From an uncultured Duganella sp. (GTDB taxonomy: Bacteria > Pseudomonadota > Gammaproteobacteria > Burkholderiales > Burkholderiaceae_D): a DNA stretch of 64,000 bases. The notes under the pieces were generated by a model. It had not been told where the DNA came from, searched no databases, and saw only the letters and a list, made by a program, of their open reading frames with translations. Numbering within the stretch: position 1 is the stretch's first letter; each line of letters starts with the position of its first letter. A program made the position numbers and the translations under genes. Below are positions 29,319 through 38,737 of this stretch, piece by piece. The stretch is taken from contig CBHWEO010000001.1 of NCBI GenBank assembly GCA_966112955.1, positions 35,548 through 99,547 on the forward strand. Reading direction: 5' to 3'.

Positions 29319-32261
29319 TCAATGGCCCAGTTTTACAGTAATTGGTTTGCCGTCATAACGCACAGTCCGGGTGGGCTCGGCCTGTCCGATGCCCTTGCCG
29401 TTGGCCGGGTCGACCAGCACAAGGTTCAGGGTGCGCGACTTGACCATGCCGGGGAAGCTGCCCTTGCGGGCCCCGATCGAGAAGGTCTTCGCCGCTTCGT
29501 TCCAGCGCAGGTCGATGCGGGCGGACTGGCCCTTTTCGTATGCATAGGTCTCGTTGTCGTCTTCGTACAGGGTAAAGCTGCCGTCGGCGCCCGGATAGAT
29601 GCGGATTTCGAGCGGCGCATCCGGCTGCTCCGTGGCGTACTGCACTTCCGGCCCCAGCGGCAGGATGGCGCCGGCACGCACGTAGAGCGGCACGATGTCC
29701 AGCGGTACGTCGCGCTGCACTTCCTGCCCGCCGGCGTAGTGCTGGTTGGTCCAGAAGTCGTACCATCCGGCGCCCTTCGGCAGGTAGGTGCGCAGGCTCA
29801 TATCCAATGCGGGCTTTTGCTCGGCCAGGGCGCGGATGGCGCTCGGTGTGCGCCAGGCAAGGCGCACGCTGCGGTCCGAGGTGGCCTGGTAATACTCCAG
29901 CGTGAGCTTGACGCGCTGCCCCTTGCGCAGCACCTGGCGCGTCGTACCGAGCCGCTTGCCGCCGTTCACCCAGCTCTCGATCACGCGTTTGCCGTCCAGG
30001 AAGAGGCGGTAACCGTCGTCGCCTTCGACGCCGATCTCGAATTCGCCGTCTTCCGGCGCTTCCAGCGTGCCGTTCCAGCGCACGGAGAAGTCGTCCAGCT
30101 TTTCCAGCCCGGCGGGAATCGTGGCCAGCGGCGGGGCGGGCCATACGTGGTCGATGATCTTGTCGACCACCTTGCCCTTCGGCGTTTCGAAGTTGCGGCC
30201 TTCGAAGTACTGGCCGGCCAGGCCCGGCTCGCCTTCCGGCGTACGCAGGGCTTCGGCGGGGATGGTCGCGGGCGGCGGCGCCGAGATGCGGAACATCGGC
30301 CGCGTCACCGGGTGGACCAGCAGCGAAGGCCCGAACATGAACGCATCGTTGATGGCGTAGGTCGCCTTGTCGCTTGCGAAGTCCATCGGCAGTGCGCGCA
30401 TCAGGGTGTAATGGTCGCTGGTGACTTTCGCGCTCAGGCCGTAGATGTAGGGCAGCAGCCGGTAGCGCAGGTGGACGACATCCAGCAGCGATTTGTAGAC
30501 ATCCGGGTCGAGCTTCCTGAAGATATAGGGCTCGCGCTCGATGTCCGTGCCGTGCACCCGCATGATGGGGTTGAAAGCGCCGTACTGGAACCAGCGGGCG
30601 AACAGTTCGCGGTAGGCCGGGTCCTTTTCACCGCCGGGGTAGTCACGGTTCACGAAGAAGCCGCCGGTATCCTGGGTCCAGTAAGGATTGCCGGTGATCG
30701 TCACGTTGACGCCGCCGCTGACCTGCTTGCGCAGGGTGTCCCAGCTGGAGAAGATGTCGCCCGACCAGGACGCGGCGCCAGTGCGTTGCGCCCCGGCCCA
30801 CGCCGAGCGGGTCAGCGTAAACACGCGCTTGTCGCTGGTGGCGCGCTGGCCGTCATAGGTGCCCTGGGTGGTCAGCAGCGTATAGGGGTTCAGGTAACGG
30901 GTAAAGTCGCCCAGCGCGTTGCGGCCCAGGCCTTTGATGTCGGACTCGTTTTTCGCCATGTCCCAGGCGGCGGAACCGACTTCGACTTCGGTGCCGTCCA
31001 TCCAGAGCGCATCCACGCCATGATCGAACAGGCCGGATTTCACGTGTTTGAAGTAGATCTGCCGCCCCAGCGGGCTGTAGGCGTCGTACACCCGCGCTTT
31101 CTGCGAAATCCAGTGCAGCGGTTCGAAGCGCAGGCCGTGCTGGTCGAGTTCCTTCGCCAGCGCCGTGTCGTTGCCAATGGACGGCCAGATCGACACCATC
31201 AGCTTGAGGTTCAGCTTGTGCAGGCTGTCCGTCATGCCGCGCGGATCGGGGAAGCGCACGCGGTCCCATGCCATGCCGCTCCAGCTGCCATCCTTGTCGC
31301 TGCCCCAGTACTGCCAGTCCTGCACGATGTAGTCGAGCGGGAAGCGCTCCTTGCGGAAGGTTTCCGCCACTTCCACGATGCGTTGCTGCGTCTGGTAGCG
31401 TTCCTTGCTCATGAACAGGCCGAACGCCTGTTTCGGGTACATGGGCGCGGCGCCGGTCAGGCGGCGGTACTCGCCGACCACGTCATCCATCGAGCGGCCG
31501 CCCATGAAGTAATAGTCGACGCCGCCGGGCGCGCTTTCCGCCCACAGCCGGGCGCCTTGCGGGCCGTCCTGGAAGCGCATTTTTGAATAGGTGTCCCACA
31601 GGATGCCGTAGCGCTCCGACGACATCATGACCGGGATGATGATGCCCAGGTTGGTCTGCACCAGTTGCAGTTCCTGGTTGCGGCGGTTGACGGTATCGCT
31701 GTCGGTATAGCCGAAACCGAAGATCGCTTCGTCCGGCTTAAGGGTGAAGCGGTTTTCCACCTCATATGTGGGAGCGCCGGAAATCTCCAGTTCCCGGATC
31801 GATTGCGGCTGGCTCGATTCGCGCGTGTACAGGCGGCCCGCGCCGTCCATGAAGCTCAGGGCGCCGGTCTTGCGGTCGATGGCGACGCGCAGGGCGGCGC
31901 TTTTGATGGTCAGCGCCGCGGGCCCCTCTTCCACCTCGAAGGCCACCTTGCCGGGCTTGTCGACCACCACCAGGCTCGGCGCGGTCCAATGGTTCCTGCC
32001 CAGGTTTGCGTTCACGCGCACGGTGGCGGGGCCGTAGAAGATCACGTTCTTGGTGACGTCCCCGATGCGGAACTGTACGCCGTCCTTCAGGCGCACGTAG
32101 CCGAAGCCGTCGCGGCTCGGGAAAGGCACGGCCAGCAGGTGGCCATTGGCGTCCAGCCCGGTGGCTGCAGGACCGGACGGCGCAGCTGCCCAGGCGTCGG
32201 GCCAGGCTGCCGTTGCCAGGGCCAGGGAAGCGGCCAGGATGGTGCGGTGTACGAGTCGCAT
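29319..32261 (-). CDS. GH31 alpha-xylosidase-like enzyme with PA14 insert
   Basis: YIVQDWQYW, ALWMDGTE, WTQDTGGF, RWFQYGAF.PIMRVHG; PA14 (FSVRWNG.L...EDG...GDDGYRLF.DG); signal peptide. Confidence 0.9.
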   Translation of the reverse strand: MRLVHRTILAASLALATAAWPDAWAAAPSGPAATGLDANGHLLAVPFPSRDGFGYVRLKDGVQFRIGDVTKNVIFYGPATVRVNANLGRNHWTAPSLVVVDKPGKVAFEVEEGPAALTIKSAALRVAIDRKTGALSFMDGAGRLYTRESSQPQSIRELEISGAPTYEVENRFTLKPDEAIFGFGYTDSDTVNRRNQELQLVQTNLGIIIPVMMSSERYGILWDTYSKMRFQDGPQGARLWAESAPGGVDYYFMGGRSMDDVVGEYRRLTGAAPMYPKQAFGLFMSKERYQTQQRIVEVAETFRKERFPLDYIVQDWQYWGSDKDGSWSGMAWDRVRFPDPRGMTDSLHKLNLKLMVSIWPSIGNDTALAKELDQHGLRFEPLHWISQKARVYDAYSPLGRQIYFKHVKSGLFDHGVDALWMDGTEVEVGSAAWDMAKNESDIKGLGRNALGDFTRYLNPYTLLTTQGTYDGQRATSDKRVFTLTRSAWAGAQRTGAASWSGDIFSSWDTLRKQVSGGVNVTITGNPYWTQDTGGFFVNRDYPGGEKDPAYRELFARWFQYGAFNPIMRVHGTDIEREPYIFRKLDPDVYKSLLDVVHLRYRLLPYIYGLSAKVTSDHYTLMRALPMDFASDKATYAINDAFMFGPSLLVHPVTRPMFRISAPPPATIPAEALRTPEGEPGLAGQYFEGRNFETPKGKVVDKIIDHVWPAPPLATIPAGLEKLDDFSVRWNGTLEAPEDGEFEIGVEGDDGYRLFLDGKRVIESWVNGGKRLGTTRQVLRKGQRVKLTLEYYQATSDRSVRLAWRTPSAIRALAEQKPALDMSLRTYLPKGAGWYDFWTNQHYAGGQEVQRDVPLDIVPLYVRAGAILPLGPEVQYATEQPDAPLEIRIYPGADGSFTLYEDDNETYAYEKGQSARIDLRWNEAAKTFSIGARKGSFPGMVKSRTLNLVLVDPANGKGIGQAEPTRTVRYDGKPITVKLGH

Positions 32262-32280
32262 TGGCGCTCCTTGATGGGGT

Positions 32281-34194
32281 TCAGCGGAACACCGCGACAA
32301 ACCCGCCGCGCGGCTTGATGGTGACGCGCACTTTCCCGGACTGCAGTTCGCCCTGGCTGAAATCGCGCTGACCTGCCCCGTCGGTGATCATGGCGCCCTT
32401 GCCCTGGCCGATGAAGGACAGGTCGAGTTCAACGGTACGTTCGGACTGCCCGCCATTGATGCCGGCTACGTACCAGCTGTTGCCGGCCTTGCGCGCCACC
32501 ACCACGTGCGAACCGGGATAGCCTGCAAGGAAGCGGCTGTCGTCCCAGTTGCGCGGCAGGTCACGCAGGAAATTGCGCACGTATTCGGGCACGGTTGCCA
32601 TGCCTTGGGGGATCTCGGCGAAATGCTGGATGCCGGACAGGAACAGCACCGACTGCGCCAGTTCAAAGCCGTTGCGGGTGATGCGCTTGATCTGCCCCAT
32701 GTCGCCGAACACCATCGGCGTAAAGTCCATCGGGTCGAACAGGTTGCGGATCATGGCCGCGTTGACCGCATGGCCTGGCACCGCGTCATGGTCCCGCTGG
32801 TCGAAGGTGGTGAACTCGAAACCGCGGATGGCTTCGGCCGTCATCAGGTTCGGGTAGGTGCGCTCCAGGCCGCGCGGCAGCGTCGCGCCATGGAAGTTCA
32901 CCAGCAGGCCCGCGTCGGCGGCATCTTTCAGGATGTCGAGGTAATACTGGATCATCGACACGCCGTCGCCGCCGAAGAAGTCAACCTTGATGCCCTTGAT
33001 GCCCATTTCGCGCAGGCGCGCAAACTCTTTCACCCGGCTTTCGCGCGTCACCAGCTTGTTGCGCGGCGTCTGCGGTGCATCGTTCCAGGCGCCGGCGGAG
33101 TTGTACCACACCAGGGTCCCCACACCCCTGGAGCCGGCATAGCGGGCCAGTTCGGCCATCTTCTCGTAGCCGATCTGCTTGTCCCATTCCGCGTCCACCA
33201 GGGTGTAATCCCATTTCATGTCCACCGCGTAGTCGACGAACTTCTTCTGCACGTCGAACACGGTAGCCTCATCCTTCAGCAACGGCCAGCTCCAGGAGGC
33301 ATGGCCGGGCTGCACCAGCTTGGCGTCGAACTGGATGGCCGGCGCCGCGAGGTCGGTGCCGAGGGTCGAATCCATGACCGTATTCAGCGCCCCCACTGCC
33401 ACCACGCGCCACGGGGTGGTCATGGTGCCCGACGTTTCAGCCAGCAGGCCGCCATTCGTGAATACTTCCGGCGGCGTCGGCCCGTCGATGCGGTACACGC
33501 CGCCGGGCGAAGCGGTCGCCAGGCGCGATGCATGGAACTTGCCGTCCATATTGGCTTCCGTCAGCGCGACCCAGGTTTCGCCGCTCTTGAACAGCGCCGG
33601 GAAGACCCAGCCCGCTTTCAGCGGCGCCGGCTTCCCGACAGGCATGTCGAGCTGGTAATGCTCCTCGTACGAAGGATTGGTCTTGCCCCAGCCCGTCTTG
33701 GCCACGGCCATCGGCTGCAGGAAGGCGCGAGTCTTGGGGTCGAACGCAAAACCGGTCGCTTCGCTCACGAAGCGCTTCACCGGAATCTTCGTGTCGGCCA
33801 CGACGTAGCGGAATGCCAGCCCGTCGTCCGAGACGCGGAATGCCACGTCCATCTTCTGGCCGGCCGCATTGACCACGGAATACACCTGTTCATTGGCGCG
33901 GTAGTCGATGGCGCGGCGCTTGCCGACGGCCATGGTGTACTGCTCGGAGACCGTCCTGACCGGCGACACATCGGCGAGCTTGAGCTCCTGCGAGAAGTCC
34001 GCGCCGGCCAGTTTGAGGCCCAGCGGCGACGACAACAGCACCATCTGGCCGTTGCGCTTGACGGTGTATGACAGGGTCTTGTCCGGCTTCACCGCCACCG
34101 TCACGTCCAGCTCCTTGTTCGGGCTCTGGAGGGCGAGCGCGGAACTGCTCGCGAAGGCACATCCCAGCAGGATACTCAGGTTCTTCAACTTCAT
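32281..34194 (-). CDS. GH97 glycoside hydrolase
   Basis: L.SPN..L.V N-terminus, PG.ASWSW, LVDAEWD, KGIKVDFF, VNFHGAT.P.G..RTYPN...EA.RG.E. Confidence 0.92.
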   Translation of the reverse strand: MKLKNLSILLGCAFASSSALALQSPNKELDVTVAVKPDKTLSYTVKRNGQMVLLSSPLGLKLAGADFSQELKLADVSPVRTVSEQYTMAVGKRRAIDYRANEQVYSVVNAAGQKMDVAFRVSDDGLAFRYVVADTKIPVKRFVSEATGFAFDPKTRAFLQPMAVAKTGWGKTNPSYEEHYQLDMPVGKPAPLKAGWVFPALFKSGETWVALTEANMDGKFHASRLATASPGGVYRIDGPTPPEVFTNGGLLAETSGTMTTPWRVVAVGALNTVMDSTLGTDLAAPAIQFDAKLVQPGHASWSWPLLKDEATVFDVQKKFVDYAVDMKWDYTLVDAEWDKQIGYEKMAELARYAGSRGVGTLVWYNSAGAWNDAPQTPRNKLVTRESRVKEFARLREMGIKGIKVDFFGGDGVSMIQYYLDILKDAADAGLLVNFHGATLPRGLERTYPNLMTAEAIRGFEFTTFDQRDHDAVPGHAVNAAMIRNLFDPMDFTPMVFGDMGQIKRITRNGFELAQSVLFLSGIQHFAEIPQGMATVPEYVRNFLRDLPRNWDDSRFLAGYPGSHVVVARKAGNSWYVAGINGGQSERTVELDLSFIGQGKGAMITDGAGQRDFSQGELQSGKVRVTIKPRGGFVAVFR

Positions 34195-34212
34195 CTTGTC
34201 TCTTTGGTCAGG

Positions 34213-34971
34213 TTAGGATTTCGGCGGCGCGGCATCTTCCCAGCGCAGGTGCACCACCTTGTAGCCATTTTCGCGGATCGCCTTGAGTAGCAGCGGCAAG
34301 GCCTCGGCGGTCGGGCCGTTGGCATCGTGCATCAGGATGATGCCGCTGCCCGCGCTCTTCAGGCGCTCCACCAGGCGCGCGACCAGCACGTCGGCGCGCA
34401 TATCGTTCGGGTAGTAGTCTTCAATGCCCAGGTCGACCGAGGCGATGGTGACCTTGCGTTCCTTGAGCGCCGCCAGGATGGCAGGCGTCTCCTCCAGGAA
34501 CGGGAAGCGGTAGGCCGCCGGAGGCGCGCCGAATACGCTGGAAAAGGCCTGGATCCCCTTTTCCAGGTCGGCCAGCTGCGCCGCCACCGGCATCGATTTC
34601 AGCGGCGGGTGCGCGTAGCTGTGCAAGGCCGGCGTGTGGCCCGATTCGGCCACGCGCCTTCCCAACTCGGGATGCTTCTCGAGGTTCACGCCGGTCATGA
34701 AGAAGGTCGCCCTGGTGCATTCCGCCGAAAGGGTTTTCAGGACCCGGTCCAGGGTTTCCGGATTGGGGCCGTCGTCGAAGGTCAGCACCACCTCGCCCGG
34801 CTGCAAAGGCAGTTGGCCATATTGCACCCTGCCGTAGCCTGCGTATTCGCGTTTCAGCGTCAGGGTGCGCGACGTGCCCAGTGTACCAGGCGCGCACTGG
34901 GCGGCCGCATCCAGTCCGGCGCCGGCGCAAGCCAGCGCAAACAACAGGCGGGTGAGTAGTGGGGACATCAT
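34213..34971 (-). CDS. Polysaccharide deacetylase (CE4/NodB)
   Basis: LTFDDGP, HSYAH, YRFPF and IILMHD; signal peptide; ATGA overlap with the upstream gene. Confidence 0.9.
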   Translation of the reverse strand: MMSPLLTRLLFALACAGAGLDAAAQCAPGTLGTSRTLTLKREYAGYGRVQYGQLPLQPGEVVLTFDDGPNPETLDRVLKTLSAECTRATFFMTGVNLEKHPELGRRVAESGHTPALHSYAHPPLKSMPVAAQLADLEKGIQAFSSVFGAPPAAYRFPFLEETPAILAALKERKVTIASVDLGIEDYYPNDMRADVLVARLVERLKSAGSGIILMHDANGPTAEALPLLLKAIRENGYKVVHLRWEDAAPPKS

Positions 34972-36950
34972 TTCACCTCCAGTTCGAATCCGTTGGCGGG
35001 CACGTCGTCCGCGCTGAACAGGTTGACGAAGGGCGCATCGCTCCAGGCGTAGCGCACCTTGGTGGCGTGGGCGGCCGCCGCGCCGCGCAGCCTGACGGCA
35101 TCGCCTTCGACGGTCGCCTGCACGTACTTGCACGCCTCCTTGACGCAAGCCTCGAAGCCGATCGCCGTGTCCGACGAATAGGTGCGCAGGCCGCCGTTGG
35201 TGTCGCTGAAACGTACCACAATATCCTTGCCCTTGCGGCTTGCCGATACCGCCTGCGGGCCGCCCGGCGTCACCTTCTCGCCGTACGCGACAGCCCGCGC
35301 GGCACGCGCCAGGCGTTCGCCGACGATGCGCTTCTGGCCCGGGTGGATGTCGGAACGGTCGCCGAAGTCGAACGTCACCGCCAGCCCCGCATGCGGATCG
35401 TTGCGGACCGCTTCAGTCTGCACCTGGCGCAGCTCGGCCCATGCCGAGTAACCCGGCTTGGTCGAGACCGAACCGAAGGAAGTCAGTTGCACCACCATGA
35501 ATGGCAGCTCCGGCTGGCCAAACGTCTTGCGCCAGTCTTCGAACAGCAGCGGCATCAGCTTGCGGTAGGCCTCGGTCGCGCCGGCATTCGCCTCGCCCTG
35601 GTACCACGCCGCCAGCTTGAATTTATAGCCGGCCAGCGGTGCGATCATGCCGTTGTACATGGTGACCATGCCGGTGGGCGGATCCCACGGCGCCGCCGGC
35701 TGCGACGCCTTCACGTGGGAACCGACCTGGTACTTCCAGCTGGCCGGCAATTCGACCCGGGTACCGTCCGCGGCACGCAGGTAACGCTGGCCGGCCGGAC
35801 CGACGAGCCCACCGCCGTTGTCGTCGTCCAGCACGCGCACCGCGATCACGTTCCTGCCGGCTTTCAGCACGCCCTTCGGCACGGAATATTCGCGCCCTTT
35901 CCACCAATTGATGTTGGCGCCGACGCGCACCCCATTCACCCAGGTGGTATCCGCCGTGGCGATCTGGCCGAGCATTAGCTGGTTCATGGCGCCGGCCTGC
36001 TCCGCCGTCAGCTCGACCGAGGTGCGGAACCATGCCACACCGCGATGCTTGCTGACCGATTCGATGCCAGACTCGCTCCAGCGTGCGCCCAGTTCCATGC
36101 TGGGCCACTGGCTGTCGTCAAATTCCTGCGAGGCCCATCCCCGTTGCGCGCGAGCGTGGGGATCGACCTTCTGCCACCAGGCTTCCTGGCGCGCTTCCTC
36201 GGCGCGGGCACCCAGCGCCGGATCGGCGGCATAATTGTCCAGGACGTCCAGCGCGGGCCCGTAGTCGGGAAGCTTGCGCAGCGAGGCGCTGCTGATCCAG
36301 CTCTCGATGGTGCTGCCGCCCCAGCTGGCGTTCACGAAACCCACGGGAATGTTGTAGCGCCGTTGCAGCGAACGCGCCATGTAATAGCAGACTGCGGAAG
36401 CCTCGCCGGTGGTCGCCGCGCCCGCGACTTTCCACTGGGGGGGTGCCTTGAATTCATCCTGGCGGGTCGCCACGCTGGCACTGGCGATATTGGCGAAGCG
36501 GATGTTCGGGTTGGCGGAGTATTCGACATCCATCGGCGCGTTGGTCGCGATGGCCATCCGCAGTTCCATGTTCGACTGTCCGCCGCACAGGAAAACGTCG
36601 CCGACCATGATGTCGTTCAGGGCGGTGGTGCTGCCGTTCGCGCTGGCGCTCAGCACATAAGGACCGCCGGCGGCCATGGCCGGCAACTGGGCACGCCAGG
36701 CACCGCTGCCATCCGCCACGGCTTGCACGGTCTTGCCATTGAAGCTTACGGTAACCGGGGCGGCGGCTGGTGCCTTGCCCCAAACAGTAATCGGCTGGTC
36801 GCGCTGCAGGACGGCGTGCTCGCCAAAAATGCCGGCGAAGGTCGCCGCCTGGGTGGCTGCACCGGCCGGCGCCATCGCCGCCATTGCAATGACGCCGAAC
36901 CCGCCGGCGAACGTATGGCAGGCCCGCTGCCAGCGCTTCTTGAAGTCCAT
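34968..36950 (-). CDS. Sialate O-acetylesterase-family (SASA) carbohydrate esterase
   Basis: HAVLQRD.P..VWG, GDVFLCGGQSNM, WGGSTIESW, WYQGEAN and DIHP. Confidence 0.9.
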   Translation of the reverse strand: MDFKKRWQRACHTFAGGFGVIAMAAMAPAGAATQAATFAGIFGEHAVLQRDQPITVWGKAPAAAPVTVSFNGKTVQAVADGSGAWRAQLPAMAAGGPYVLSASANGSTTALNDIMVGDVFLCGGQSNMELRMAIATNAPMDVEYSANPNIRFANIASASVATRQDEFKAPPQWKVAGAATTGEASAVCYYMARSLQRRYNIPVGFVNASWGGSTIESWISSASLRKLPDYGPALDVLDNYAADPALGARAEEARQEAWWQKVDPHARAQRGWASQEFDDSQWPSMELGARWSESGIESVSKHRGVAWFRTSVELTAEQAGAMNQLMLGQIATADTTWVNGVRVGANINWWKGREYSVPKGVLKAGRNVIAVRVLDDDNGGGLVGPAGQRYLRAADGTRVELPASWKYQVGSHVKASQPAAPWDPPTGMVTMYNGMIAPLAGYKFKLAAWYQGEANAGATEAYRKLMPLLFEDWRKTFGQPELPFMVVQLTSFGSVSTKPGYSAWAELRQVQTEAVRNDPHAGLAVTFDFGDRSDIHPGQKRIVGERLARAARAVAYGEKVTPGGPQAVSASRKGKDIVVRFSDTNGGLRTYSSDTAIGFEACVKEACKYVQATVEGDAVRLRGAAAAHATKVRYAWSDAPFVNLFSADDVPANGFELEVK

Positions 36951-36973
36951 ACTTTTCGAATAGCCGTTATTTG

Positions 36974-37001
36974 GAACCATGCAATTGTGCGGGCATGGTT
37001 C
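36974..37001. promoter_or_regulatory. Inverted repeat upstream of the glycan cluster (possible operator or leader hairpin)
   Basis: GAACCATGC-N10-GCATGGTTC, 24-51 bp upstream of the 36950 start. Confidence 0.35.
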
Positions 37002-37074
37002 AGGCAGCGGCAATTACGAAAGTGACCAAGCCCTACAACGATATTTCGTATCAGGGCGCGGGCAGCGGCGCCCC

Positions 37075-37713
37075 TCAGTAGGCGACGGTAAAGCGCCGGC
37101 GCGAATGGGCCGGGTGCTCCAGCTCATCCAGCATGGCAACCGCGTAGTCCTGCACCGAAATGCGGCTGCGGCCCTGGTCGTCCGTCAGCAGCTGGTCACC
37201 GCCGAGGCGGAACCTGCCGGTCCGCTCGCCCGGTTCGATCAGGGCGGCCGGGCTCAGGAAGGTCCATTCCAGTTCCGGCTCCTTGCGCAATTTCTCCAGG
37301 GTGTCGCGCGCCCCGAGGGCCGATCCCTTCCACTGGGCGGGGAATTGGGGTGTATCGACGGCCTGCACACCTGGCGCCACCTCCAGGCTGCCGGCCCCGC
37401 CCACCATCAGCAGGCGCGGCACGCCGGCCTGCTTGGTAGCAGCGAGGATCGAATCAACGCCACGGCCATAATATTCGCGCACGTCCTGCTGCGCATGGCC
37501 GCTGAAGGCGCTGATCACCGCGTCGTGTCCGGCGAGCTGGCTGGCCAGCTTCTGCTGGTCAAGCACGTCGGTACCGAGTACCGTCAGGCCGGCCTGCGGC
37601 GCCAGCCGTTCGGGGCGGCTGACCAGTGCGGTGACCTGGTGGCCGCGGGACAGCGCCTCGGCCAGCAAGCCACTGCCCACGAAGCCGGTTGCGCCGATCA
37701 ATGCGATTTTCAT
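37075..37713 (-). CDS. NAD(P)-binding oxidoreductase (YwnB-like)
   Basis: MKIALIGATGFVG, VGGAGSL, WTFLSP, G.RTGRFRLG.D.L and ISVQDYA.A.LDELE. Confidence 0.9.
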   Translation of the reverse strand: MKIALIGATGFVGSGLLAEALSRGHQVTALVSRPERLAPQAGLTVLGTDVLDQQKLASQLAGHDAVISAFSGHAQQDVREYYGRGVDSILAATKQAGVPRLLMVGGAGSLEVAPGVQAVDTPQFPAQWKGSALGARDTLEKLRKEPELEWTFLSPAALIEPGERTGRFRLGGDQLLTDDQGRSRISVQDYAVAMLDELEHPAHSRRRFTVAY

Positions 37714-37795
37714 GAAAAACTCCTGGTTGGTTGAAGATGGATTCAGTATGAGGTCTTTACGAAGCCGCGATAAGTGGGCAGAATTCGCAATCACT

Positions 37796-38710
37796 ATGAA
37801 GCCAACCTTAACAATCGATCGCCTGAAGCGCATGGCCGTCTTCGCCCGCGTGGTGGAAGCCGGCTCGATGAGCGCAGCCGCGCGCGAGCTCGGGATGACC
37901 ACGTCGGCCGTCAGCCAGCAAGTGCGCCAGCTGGAAGCGGAAACCGGCCTGGCCCTGCTGCACCGCTCCACCCGGCACCTGAGCACCACGGAGGCGGGCC
38001 AGGCCTACTACGAAGACTGCGCGGCCATGCTGCTGGCGGCGCAAACGGCGGAGCAGCGCCTGTCCGACCTGCGCGACGAGCCGCGCGGCGAATTGCGTAT
38101 CGCCTTCCCGGTGGGTTTCAGCGCCCATGTCGCGGCGGCCCTGGCGCCGCTGCTGCGGGCCCACCCGCACCTGTCGCTGCGACTGTTCGCCGAAGACCGG
38201 CGCATCGACCTGATCGCAGAACGCATCGACCTGGCCATCCGCGTCGGCACGCTCACCGACTCCAACCTGGTGGCGCGCCGCCTGGCCGAATGGCGCCAAG
38301 TGCTCGTCGCCTCCGCTTCCTTCGCGCAGGAACATGGCTTGCCGCGGTCGCCGGAAGAACTCGCGCGTTACCCGGTGCTCAACCTGAGCGTGATCAACCA
38401 GACCGAATTCATCGAGCTGCACCGCCCCGGCGAACCTGCCCACCGCGTGCGCGTCAACGGCTCCGTCGCCGGCAACAGCTTCGTCGCACTCCGGCACATG
38501 ATGCTGCACGGTTGCGGCATCATGCGCATGCCCGGTCCGGATGCGGCGCCCCTGGTGGAAGCCGGGCTGGCGGTAGCGGTGCTTCCGGAAGGGTCGATGG
38601 CGCCGATGGGCGTCTATGCGCTCACCGTCCAGCGCGATTCGCAGCCCGCCAAAGTGCGGTTGGCGATTGCCGCCATCCGCGAATACCTCGACAATATGCC
38701 GTCCCACTGA
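37796..38710 (+). CDS. LysR-family transcriptional regulator
   Basis: HTH GSMSAAARELGMTTSAVSQQVRQLE..G..LLHRSTR; divergent from the oxidoreductase. Confidence 0.93.
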   Translation: MKPTLTIDRLKRMAVFARVVEAGSMSAAARELGMTTSAVSQQVRQLEAETGLALLHRSTRHLSTTEAGQAYYEDCAAMLLAAQTAEQRLSDLRDEPRGELRIAFPVGFSAHVAAALAPLLRAHPHLSLRLFAEDRRIDLIAERIDLAIRVGTLTDSNLVARRLAEWRQVLVASASFAQEHGLPRSPEELARYPVLNLSVINQTEFIELHRPGEPAHRVRVNGSVAGNSFVALRHMMLHGCGIMRMPGPDAAPLVEAGLAVAVLPEGSMAPMGVYALTVQRDSQPAKVRLAIAAIREYLDNMPSH

Positions 38711-38737
38711 CACCCACCCGAGCCAGACGAATACGCC

